Shown: one piece after another, positions 40,465 through 52,100 of the stretch | Layout of the letters: each line of letters opens with the position of its first letter | How positions within the stretch are numbered: position 1 is the stretch's first letter | Assembly: GCF_035084215.1 (NCBI RefSeq) | Contig: NC_090330.1 | Span: 42,904,001-42,968,000 of the forward strand | DNA from: Heptranchias perlo | Lineage: Eukaryota | DNA length: 64,000 nt | Direction of reading: 5' to 3' | Notes under the pieces: generated by a model | Told to the model about the DNA's origin: nothing | The model's database searches: none | What the model saw: the letters and a program-made list of their open reading frames with translations, nothing else | Made by a program: the position numbers and the translations under genes

Positions 40465-42538
40465 TATGCACTCTCAGTATAAGATACGAGATTTTGTGTT
40501 AGCAGTTAGTGTGTCACTAACGTTAGCTTACATTTATATCATTGAAAATTTCCTATCATCGTGCCAACTACAGGCATAACAAGTGGTGCAGGTAAATGTA
40601 ATTGAGAAATGTCATAAGTGTCAGTTGACATATGGGTGTTCAATGCATTTGAAATGGAATATTGTGACCCACCTATCATTCTTAATACATAATAGATGTA
40701 TTCTGTTTAAGATTTATGTCAAAGCATCGTAATATTGTCATTGCATTGTTGAAACTATCTATTTCATGTGTTTGATGCCAACATTGCTTATCCATACTTG
40801 GTGATGACCCTGAGATGGTGATCCAAACCACTGATTTAAAAATCATGTATTTTGTAAAGATTTCAGTCAAAGCTATTACTGTGTTCAAACCAAAATTGTG
40901 TAGTTTTATTTAAAACTTGCCTAAATGTTAAGCATGGTTGAACTAGCAATCGTGAACTGTTGCAAAATATCAGGTGGAAACTGAGATTTCACACATCTCT
41001 TTAAATCGCAATTTTATCTTGTTCCAGTGATATGTTTTCGTCACAGTTATGGTTAATCTTTGCTTGTGGCTTATGTAATGGTATAGAAACTGTACACACA
41101 GTTCCATGTTTCAAAGATTAGACATCCATATTTCTTCAGATCTTCAGTTATAATGTGACAATTTATGGCAGAAATTTCCTGTTCTTAATATTCATCCATC
41201 TAGATTCTGATAAATATAAATCATTTTACAAGAAATGTGGTGCTTGGGTGAGGAAGTCTATAAGCTACAGATAAAAATTTGCAAATCACACCCTGTTTAA
41301 TCTTTCATTCACCAACTCAAGCCAAAAATAATCAAAAGAAAACACTTAACAAAAACATATATTAATGAATGTAAAATTGTGGGAGTGTGCTGGTTATTTC
41401 ATGATATGTGCTGCCAGCGGGTGAGTCTTCCAGTCAGGAGTGCAAATTTAAAAATTGGGCCTATATTTTACACAAAAAGTCATTACACTTTAAAAACTTG
41501 CTGTGGCTTTACTTCAGTGAAATTTGACAGTGGTTGCCTATTCTTAGTGGGCTGAACTTATAATTTTGGTATAACTTGTGCTTGGAATAGGATTTTAAGT
41601 AGTATGCTTGGATAAGGAATTCTACGCGACAAGAGAGAATGGAAAGTGATGTGATACACTGTCATTTAGTATATGCATTAGGTATGAATTTATTTAGACT
41701 GAAATAAACTGAAGAGACATAGATGAAGAAACAAGCAGAGCGGAGAAAGAAAGAGAATACAACAGTAATGAAAGGGAAGTCTGGGCTCACTGCCATCTGC
41801 CATCATGGGCAGCTGATGACGGTGAAACATATTTCACTAAAACATCCTGGTTTTTCATTAAAATATGTATATTTATAAAGTCTCCCGAGGTGTTGCTCAC
41901 AGCGAGTTTCAGAATAGGGAATATTATAAAAATTAGAATTATACAACAAAGAAACAGGTCATTCAACCCATCAAGTATGTACTGTTACGTAGGTGTAAAT
42001 AGAGTTGGGTCAGAAATCAAGACATCAGCTAAAACTAGTTTGAAAAAATCTTTATAGAGTGATTTGACTGGCTTGCTGCTGTCTGCTGATTACTGATTGG
42101 TAGCTGTATTCTAGCCTTTTAGTGAATCAAAATGATTATTGGTTATTTTTGGAAGTGGCGATTGGTTTATTTTGCAATTGTTGGTGCTGCTACTTTGTTG
42201 CCTTTTCCTACCTGAAAGAAGGTCTCATCAATTAGCATTGTTCAGTTAACAGATTGTGGGTGGTAATTGCTTAATGTTTTATTAACACGTTTGATCGAAT
42301 AATGATCATATTTGCCTTTCGGATACTTTTGAAGTGTGATGCGTTAAGGTGTGATTACTTTTCAGGTGTGACACCCTGTAAATGCATGCTATTTGCAAGA
42401 CTTGAATGCACACAGACTAACACATAGGTAAATAGATAGATAAAATAATAGATCGATTTAAATGCATGATTGTCAGCTAATAGAAAACAAATTGCTATTT
42501 ACACATCAATGCACATTTATGTCAATTAAAAATACACC

Positions 42539-42753
42539 GGGATAGATTTTGGTCTTCACCACCTAGGCATTAAGCACCAATTGGGTGGAGCACGGAAAGG
42601 AAAATCTGGCAGGGAGGATCGCATGCCGGTAACAAAACCTGCTGGATTTCCTTCCATTGAAATTAAGGATCGTGCAATCTTCCGCACCAGATTTTCCATT
42701 CTGCGCTAGCCAGGAGATGCTTAACTCCCAAGTGGAAAGACCAAAATCTACCC
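42539..42753. mobile_element. Palindromic MITE
   Basis: GGATAGATTTTGGTCTT / AAGACCAAAATCTACCC; inner GGAAAATCTGG / CCAGATTTTCC. Confidence 0.7.
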
Positions 42754-42972
42754 TACCATCTTTTAAAATTTGTATCTGTCTAAATTTTCATATAATATAT
42801 GGTAATTGGTTGTCTACACAAACAGACTACTTCAATATGAAATATGTTGTTCCCAGCTACAGAGTCCAGTTGAGAGCTTATGGTCATTGATTGCTTCAAA
42901 TGGCTACTATACAAATTTTGGAGGGGCGGTTGGAATTTAATAAATATGGCGTATATTGTTGCCAGTCATATT

Positions 42973-43460
42973 AGAGTGGATTTTAACTCCCTGGCGGGAA
43001 GCTGGGGGGAGCTGATGGTCTTCACGTCCAGGAGTCTCTGGTCGATTATAATGGCTGTGCCTCATTTACATCCTGCCAGTCAGCTGCCATCCTGAAACGG
43101 GCAGAAAGAGATAGCTGGCCAGCATCGGGAAGCTCAGAATCTCAGGGCCCGGAAACCATCCGTCCATTCACCCACTGCCTGGGCCCATCAAGGAAGGTTT
43201 TTGACCTAACTTGGAGAGCCTCCTCTTCTTCCCGCTCATTTGGCCGTTTAGATGCCTGCAGACATCATAGGGCCCTGATTATAATATATTAATGAGGCTT
43301 CTGCCTGAGCCTGGCAGGTTCCTTGACCGCCTAAAAAAGGGACCAGTTAAGATGACAGCAAGTGGGAATTGAGCGGGAGCGGGGCAGTGAACCTTTGAAC
43401 AGCAATTCTAACTGGGCGCTTGCCCCGTTCCCGCCAGGTGGGGTCAGTTAAAATTCACCC
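42973..43460. mobile_element. Harbinger-type MITE
   Basis: GAGTGGATTTTAACT..CCTGGCGGGAA / TTCCCGCCAGG..AGTTAAAATTCACCC. Confidence 0.6.
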
Positions 43461-45120
43461 ATTTAGTCCGTTTGCAAAACAGAACTTTTGGAATTAATTA
43501 TTTGCATTAAGTATAGTAACTAAATTAAGAATGAATTCTGGAAAGAAGATAATTAAATCCTTTATATAATTCATTAACGATTATTGTGTGCAGTGGAGAC
43601 AGCTGTCAAATATTTGTCTCTCTATTTATGATTGGTTGCTACCATAATCCAAAATGTGTATTTACTGACAGACATCTGTGTTTTTTAAAATTTAAGTGAT
43701 ATAAAAAAAATTCTTGGTTGCAACAGAATTCGTAAAAATAGCCGGAACATAGTTGGTGACAATCTAACCCAATAACTCGCATAGTTTAGCACTTGACTCC
43801 TGACAAAAATGTCATGAGCTTGAGTTCCGCAGTCGCCAGTCAGTTGATGTCACTTGTCTCAGCTGAAAGGAAGTCCCAGAGACAACAGCTCAAAAAGCAT
43901 ATTCCTAAAATTTACCTACAATTCTTTCCTTTCCTGAGAGTTAAATAAAAGTTCATCAATGTTTTGAATACAGAATCAATCTTTTTCCTTCCCCACAAGT
44001 GGTTCCTATTATATTAGAAGTGCCCATTCTACATGTAATTGCCTATGTTTAGTTAGTGTTATCATCACTGGGTTAAGTCAGAGAAGAATAATGCTCTCTT
44101 TCTGTCAAACTTATAATACATTTAGTAAAGCCATTTTTTCATAAGAACATAAGAAATAGGGCAGGAGTAGGCCATATGGCCCCTCGAGCCTGCTCCGCCA
44201 TTCAAAAGGAACATGGCTGATCTTCAGCCTTAACTCCACTTTCCCGCCTGATCCCCATATCCCTTGATTCCCTTACAGTCCAAAAATCTATTGATCTCAG
44301 CCTTGAATATAATCAACGACTGAGCATTCACTGCCCTCTGGCTTAGAGAATTCCAAAAATTCACAACCCCCTGAGTGAAGAAATTTCTCCTCATCTCAGT
44401 TCTAAATGGCCGACCCCTTATCCTGAGACTATGCCCCCTAGTTCTAGACTCTCCAGCCAGGGGAAACATCCTCTCAGCATCTACCCTGTCAAGCCCTGTC
44501 AGAATCTCATATGTTTTAATGAGATCACCTCTCATTCTTCTAAACTCCAGACAGTATAGGCCCATTCTACTCAATCTCTCCTCATAGGACAACCCTCTCA
44601 TCCCAGGAATCAATCTAGCGAACCTTCGTTGCGCCGCCTCTAAGGCAAGTATATCCTTCCTTAGTTAAGGAGACTAAAACTGTACACAGTACTCCAGGTG
44701 TGGTCTCACCAAAGCCCTGTACAATTGCAACAAGACTTCCTTACTCTTGTATTCCAACTCCCTTGCAATAAAGGCCAACATACCATTTGCCTTCCTAATT
44801 GCTTGCTGTACCTGCATGTTAACTTTGTGTTTCATGTTCGCAGTCAACCAAATCCCTCTGAACAACAACATTTAATAGTTTCTCACCATTTAAAAAATAT
44901 TCTGTTTTTCTATTCTTCCTACCAAAGTGAATAATCTCACATTTCCGACATTATACTCCATCTGCCACCTTCTTGCCCACTCACTTAACCCATCGATTTC
45001 CCTTTGCAGACTCTTTGTGTCCTCCTCACAGCTTACTTTCCCACCTAGCTTTGTATCATCAGCAAACTTGGATACATTACACTCAGTCCCTTCGTCTAAG
45101 TCATTAATATAGATTGTAAA

Positions 45121-46633
45121 TCATAGAATCAAAGAAAGTTACATTGCAGAAGGAGGCCATTTGGCCTATCATGTCCGTGCCAGCTGAAAAAGAGCTATCC
45201 AGCTTAATCCCACTTTCCAGTACTTGGTCCATAGCCCTGTAGATTATGGCACTTCAAGTGCACATCCAAGTACTTTTTAAATAAGTTGAGGGTTTCTGCC
45301 TGTACTAACCTTTCAGGTAATGACCCCCTCTAATCCTTCTATCAATTACTTTAAATCTATGCCCCCTAGTCACTGACCCCTCTGCTAATGGAAATAGGCC
45401 CACCCTATCCACTCTATCTAATCCCGTCATAATTTTATACACCTCCATTATATCTCCCCTCAGCCTAGTTTGTTCCAAAGAAAACAACCCCAGCCCATCC
45501 AATCTTTTCTCATAGCTAAAATTCTCCAGCCCTGGTAACATACTCATAAATCTGCTCTGTATCCTTTCTGGTGCAATCACATCTTTCCTGTAATGTGGTG
45601 ACCAGAACTGTATGCAGTACTCATGTTGTGGCCTAACAAGTGTTTTATAAAGTTCTTGCATAACCTCCCTGCTCTTATATTCTATGACTCGGTAATAAAG
45701 GAAAGTATCCCATATGCGGTCTTAACCACCTTATCTACCTGTCCTGCTACCTTCACGGATCAGTGGAAATGCACTCCAATGTCCCTATGTTCCTCTACAC
45801 CTCTCAGTATCCTCCCATTTATTGGGTATTCCCTTGTTTGTGTATGCCCTTGTTTGCCCTCCCCAAATGCATTGCTTCACACTTCTCTGGATTGAATTCC
45901 ATTTGCCACTTTTCTGCCCACCTGACAAAGCTATTGCTATCTTCCTTCAGTCTACAGCTTTCCCCCTCACTATCAACCACACGTCCAATTTTTGTATCAT
46001 TTGCAAACTTCTTGATCATGCCCCCTACATTCAAGTCCAAATCATTAATATATATCACAAAGGTCAAGGGACCTAGTGCTGAGCCCTGCGGAACCCTACC
46101 AGAAACAATCTTCCAGTCACAAAAACACCTGTCGACCATTACCCTTTGCTTCCTGCCACTGAGCCAATTTTGGATCCAATTTGCCTCTTTCCCTTGGATC
46201 CCATGGGCTTTTACTTTTTTGACCAGTCTGCCATGTGGGACCTTGTCAAAAGCCTTGCTAAAATCCATGTAGACTACATCAAACATGTTATCCTCATCGA
46301 CCCCCCCTTGTTACCTCCTCAAAAAATTCAATCAAGTCAGTGAGACACAAGCTTCCCTTAACAAATCCATGCTGACTGTCCTTGATTAACCTGTGCCTTT
46401 GTAAATGATAGTTTATACAATCCCTCAGAATTGATTCCAATAATTTGCCCACCACCGAGGTTAGACTGACTGGAATATACTTACTCGGTCTATCCCTTTC
46501 TCCCTTTTTAAACAACGATACAATGTTAGCAGACCTCCAATCCTCCGGCACCATACCTATAGCCAGGGAGGATTGGAAAATGATGGTCAGAGCCTCTGCT
46601 TTTTCCTCCCTTGCTTCTCTTAACTGAGAACTA
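45121..46633 (-). mobile_element. CR1 LINE, second subfamily (like 20669-22363), nested in CR1
   Basis: ORFs 46294-46554, 45819-46286 (DFSKAFDKVPH, VPQGSALGP) and 45305-45661; tail CATAGAATC at 45122. Confidence 0.9.
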
Positions 46634-47677
46634 ATAGCTGAGGCCCAAGCACTTATTCTTGTGGCGCCCCACTAGTTACAGCCTGCCAACCTGAAAATGA
46701 CCCGTTTGTCCCTACTGTTCTCTGTCTGTTAACCAATCTTCAATCCATGCTAATATATTATCCCCAATCCCTTGAGTCCTTATCTTGTGTCACAACCTTT
46801 GTGAGTCACCTTATCGAATATCTTTTGAAAATCCAAACATATTACATTCACTGGTGCCCTTTTATCTACCCTGCTAGTTACATCTTCAAAAACTCGAATA
46901 GATTTGTCAAACACAATCTCCCTCTCATAAAACCATGTTGACTCTGCCAAGTCATATTATTGTAAACAATTTTACAACACCAAGTTATAGTCCAGCAATT
47001 TTATTTTAAATTCACAAGCTTTCGGAGGCTTCCTCCTTCGTCAGGTGAACGATGTGAAAATGAAATCCTCGAAATGAAATCGCATTTATAATTCACAGAA
47101 CAATGCTTGGTGAGTACAGACAGTTTTTTCAACTGCCCGTTGCCAAGGCAATCAGTGTGCAGACAGACAGGTGTTACCTGCCAGGTCTCACAGAATATAC
47201 AAATCACCAAAAAAAAAACAACAAACAAAAAAAAAACAGAGATAGAGAGGTAGAAACATAGAAAAGACAGCAACTGACCCGTTATATTAAAAACAGATAA
47301 CATTTGTTCGCTGGTGGGGTAACGTGTAGCGTGACATGAACCCAAGATCCCGGTTGAGGCCGTCCTCGTGGGTGCGGAACTTGGCTATCAATTTCTGCTC
47401 GACGATTTTGCGTTGTCGTGTGTCTCGAAGGCCGCCTTGGAGTACGCTTACCCGAAGGTCGGTGGATGAATGTCCATGACTGCTGAAGTGTTCCCCGACT
47501 GGGAGGGAACCCTCCTGTTTGGCGATTGTTGCGCGGTGTCCGTTCATCCGTTGTCGCAGCGTCTGCATGGTCTCGCCAATGTACCATGCTCTGGGGCATC
47601 CTTTCCTGCAACGTATGAGGTAGACAACGTTAGCCGAGTCACAGGAGTATGAACCATGCACCTGGTGGGTGGTGTCC

Positions 47678-48540
47678 CCTATGGGCAGGCCCTGCGAATA
47701 CACAGGGTCTGCTCAGACGAGGAGGAACGCGATGGACACCTACAGACGCTGAAAGACGCCCTAGTAAGAACGGGATATGACGCTCGACTCATCGATCGAC
47801 AGTTCCGACGGGCCACAGCAAAAAATCGCATAGACCTCCTCAGGAGACTAACACGGGACGCAACCAACAGAGTACCCTTTGTCGTCCAGTACTTCCCCGG
47901 AGCGGAGAAACTACGCCATGTTCTCCGCAGCCTTCAACATGTCATCAATGAGGACAAACACCTCGCTATGGCCATCCCCACACCTCCACTACTCGCCTTT
48001 AAACAGCCACCCAACCTCAAACAGACCATCGTTCGCAGCAAATTACCTAGCTTTCAAGAGAACAGCGTCCACGACACCACACAACCCTGCCACGGTAACC
48101 TCTGCAAGACATGCCAGATCATCGACACAGATACCACCATCACACGAGAGGACACCACCCACCAGGTACATGGTTCATACTCCTGTGACTCAGCTAACGT
48201 TGTCTACCTCATACGTTGCAGGAAAGGATGCCCCAGAGCATGGTACATTGGCGAGACCATGCAGACGCTGCGACAACGGATGAACGGACACCGCGCAACA
48301 ATCGCCAAACAGGAGGGTTCCCTCCCAGTCGGGGAACACTTCAGCAGTCATGGACATTCATCCACCGACCTTCGGGTAAGCGTACTCCAAGGCGGCCTTC
48401 GAGACACACGACAACGCAAAATCGTCGAGCAGAAATTGATAGCCAAGTTCCGCACCCACGAGGATGGCCTCAACCGGGATCTTGGGTTCATGTCACGCTA
48501 CACGTTACCCCACCAGCGAACAAATGTTATCTGTTTTTAA
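47678..48540 (+). CDS. Penelope polyprotein C-terminal fragment: RT C-terminal/linker region plus GIY-YIG endonuclease (5'-truncated, uninterrupted)
   Basis: PYGQALRIHRVCSD, then PCHGNLCKTC, NVVYLIRC...WYIGET..LRQRMNGHR, E..LI..F and GLN. The ATG at 47656 comes from the inverted arm. Confidence 0.88.
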
Positions 48541-48778
48541 TATAACGGGTCAGTTGCTGTCTTTTCTATGTTTCTACCTCTCTATCTCTGTTTTTTTTTT
48601 TGTTTGTTGTTTTTTTTTTGGTGATTTGTATATTCTGTGAGACCTGGCAGGTAACACCTGTCTGTCTGCACACTGATTGCCTTGGCAACGGGCAGTTGAA
48701 AAAACTGTCTGTACTCACCAAGCATTGTTCTGTGAATTATAAATGCGATTTCATTTCGAGGATTTCATTTTCGCATCG

Positions 48779-48817
48779 TTCACCTGACGAAGGAGGAAGC
48801 CTCCGAAAGCTTGTGAA
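48779..48817 (+). ncRNA. Minimal type I hammerhead ribozyme in pLTR (identical inverted copy at 47011-47049, minus)
   Basis: TTCAC-CTGACGA-A-GGAGG(aag)CCTCC-GAAA-GC-TT-GTGAA, with AATAAA just downstream. Confidence 0.85.
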
Positions 48818-49111
48818 TTTAAAATAAAATTGCTGGACTATAACTTGGTGTTGTAAAATTGTTTACAATTGTCAACCCCAGTCCATCACCGGCATCTCCA
48901 CATCAAGTCATATTATGATTTTCTAAGTGCCCATTACCATGTCCTCAATAATGGATTCCAGTATTTTCCTGAATGCTGATGTCAGGCTAACTGGCCTGTA
49001 ATTCCCTCTCCCTCCTTTCTTGAATGGAGGTATTACATTTGCTACCTTCCAATCTACAGAGACAGTTCTAAAATCTAGGGAATTTTGGAATCCACTATCT
49101 CTGCAGCCACC

Positions 49112-52100
49112 TTTTTTTTTATTCGTTCATGGGATGTGGGCGTCGCTGGCAAGGCCGGCATTTATTGCCCATCCCTAATTGCCCTTGAGAAGGTGGTGGT
49201 GAGCCGCCACCTTGAACCGCTGCAGTCCGTGTGGTGACGGTTCTCCCACAGTGCTGTTAGGAAGGGAGTTCCAGGATTTTGACCCAGCGACGATGAAGGA
49301 ACGGCGATAAATTTCCAAGTCGGGATGGTGTGTGGCTTGGAGGGGAACGTGCAGGTGGTGTTGTTCCCATGTGCCTGCTGCTCATGTCCTTCTAGGTGGT
49401 AGAGGTTGCGGGTTTGGGAGGTGCTGTCGAAGAAGCACCTCCCAAACTGCGAGTTGCTGCAGTGCATCCTGTGGATGGTACACACTGCAGCCACAGTGCG
49501 CCGGTTGTGAAGGGAATGAATGTTTAGGGTGGTGGATGGGGTGCCAATCAAGCGGGCTGCTTTATCTCGGATGGTGTCGAGCTTTTTGAGTGTTGTTGGA
49601 GCTGCACTCATCCAAGCAAGTGGAGTGTATTCCATTACACTCCTGACTTGTGCCTTGTAGATGGTGGAAAGGCTTTGGGGAGTCAGGAGGTGAGTCACTC
49701 GCTGCAGAATACCCAGCCTCTGACCTGCTCTCATAGCCACAGTATTTATATGGCTGCTCCAGTTAAGTTTCTGGTCAATGGTGACCCCCAGGATGTTGAT
49801 GGTGGGGGATTCGGCAATGGTAATGCTGTTGAATGTCAAGGGGAGGTGGTTAGACTCTCTCTTGTTGGAGATGGTCATTGCCTGGCAATTATCTGGCGCA
49901 AATGTTACTTGCCACTTACGAGCCCAAGCCTGGATGTTGTCCAGGTTTTGCTGCATGTGGGCTCGGACTGCTTCATTATCTGAGGGGTTGCGAATGGAAC
50001 TGAACACTGTGCAATCATCAGCGAACATCCCCATTTCTGACCTTATGATGGAGGGAAGGTCATTGATGAAGCAGCTGAAGATGGTTAGGCCTAGGATACT
50101 GCCTCGAGGAGCTTCTGCAGCAATGTCCTGGGGCTGAGATGATTGGCCTCCAACAACCACTACCATCTTCCTTTGTGCTAGGTATGACTCCAGCCACTGG
50201 AGAGTTTTCCCCCAATTCCCATTGACTTCAATTTTACTAGGGCTCCTTGGCGCCACATTCGGTCAAATGCTGCCTTGATGTCAAGGGCAGTCACTCTCGC
50301 CTCACCCTGGAATTCAGCTCTTTTGTCCATGTTTGGACCAAGGCTGTAATGAGGTCTGGAGCCGAGTGGTCCTGGCGGAACCCAAACTGAGCATCGGTGA
50401 GCAGGTTATTGGTGAGTAAGTGCCGCTTGATAGCACTGTCGACGACACCTTCCATCACTTTGATGATGATTGAGAGTAGTCTGATGGGGCGGTAATTGGC
50501 CGGATTGGATTTGTCCAGCTTTTTGTGGACAGGACATACCTGGGCAATTTTCCACATTGTCGGGTAGATGCCAGTGTTGTAGCTGTACTGGAACAGCTTG
50601 GCTAGAGGCGCAGCTAGTTCTGGAGCGCAAGTCTTCAGCACTACAGCTGGGATGTTGTCGGGGCCCATAGCCTTTGCTGTATCCAGTGCACTCAGCCGTT
50701 TCTTGATATCACGTGGAGTGAATCGAATTGGCTGAAGACTGGCTTCTGTGATGGTGGGGATATCGGGAGGAGGCCGAGATGGATCATCCACTCGGCACTT
50801 CTGGCTGAAGATGGTTGCAAACGCTTCAGCCTTGTCTTTTTCACTCACGTGCTGGACTCCACCATCATTGAGGATGGGGATGTTTGCAGAGCCTCCTCCT
50901 CCCATTAGTTGTTTAATTGTCCACCACCATTCACGACTGGACTGCAGAGCTTTGATCTGATCCGTTGGTTGTGGAATCGCTTAGCTCTGTCTATACCATG
51001 TTGCTTCCGTTGTTTAGCATGCATGTAGTCCTGAGTTGTAGCTTCACCAGGTTGGCACCTCATTTTTAGATACGCCTGGTGCTGCTCCTGGCATGCTCTT
51101 CTACACTCCTCATTGAACCAGGGTTGATCCCCTGGCTTATTGGTAATGGTAGAGTGAGGAATATGCCGGGCCATGAGGTTACAGATTGTGCTGGAATACA
51201 ATTCTGTTGCTGCTGATGGCCCACAATGTCTCTTGGATGTCCAGTTTTGAGCTGCTGGATCTGTTCTGATTCTCCCCCATTTAGCACGGTGGCTGTGCCA
51301 CACAACACATTGGATGGTGTCCTCAGTGCGAAGACGGGACTTCATCTCCACGAGGACTGTGCAGTGGTCACTCCTACCAATACTGTCATGGACAGATGCA
51401 TTTGCGACAGGTAGATTGGTGAGGACGAGGTCAAGTAAGTTTTTCCCTCGTGTTGGTTCGGCTCACCACCTGCCGCAGGCCCAGTCTCGTAGCTATGTCC
51501 TTTAGGACTCGGCCAGTTCGGTCAGTAGTGGTGCTACCGAGCCACTCTTGGTGATGGACATTGAAGTCCCCCACCCAGAATACGTTTTATGCCCTTGCTA
51601 CCCTCAGTGCTTCCTCCAAGTGGTGTTCAACATGGAGGACGACGGATTCATCAGCTGAGGGAGGACGGTAATCAGCAGGAGGTTTCCTTACCCATGTTTG
51701 ACCTGATGCCATGAGATTTCATGGGGTCCAGAATCAATGTTGAGGACTCCCAGGGCCACTCCCTCCTGACTGTATATCACTGTACCGCCACCTCTGGTGG
51801 GTCTGTCCTGCTGGTGGGACAGGACATACCCAGGGATGGTGATGGAAGAGTCTGGGACGTTGGCTATGTCAGGCTGTTGCTTGACTAGTCTGTGGGACAG
51901 CTCTCCCAATTTTTGCACAAGTCCCCAGATGTTAGTAAGGAGGACCTTGCAGGGTCGACTGGGCTTGGTTTGCCGTTGTCGTGTCCGGTGCCTAGTGGTC
52001 CGTCCGGTTTTATTCTTATTATGACTTTTCGTAGCGAGATTTTACAACTGAGTGGCTTGCTAGGCCATTTCAGAGGGCAATGAAGAATTAACCATATTGC

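Larger units (their letters stand above)
46961..48903 (+). mobile_element. 5'-truncated Penelope-like element with a long inverted 3' copy; 13-bp TSD
   Basis: Left arm 46959-47677 is the reverse complement of 48150-48869. TSD CAAGTCATATTAT at 46948-46960 and 48904-48916. Confidence 0.93.

Noticed and set aside
47656-47677. ATG start of the 294-aa ORF as a genuine stand-alone GIY-YIG gene
   Set aside because: The first codons come from the inverted arm; the ORF is a 5'-truncated Penelope fragment.
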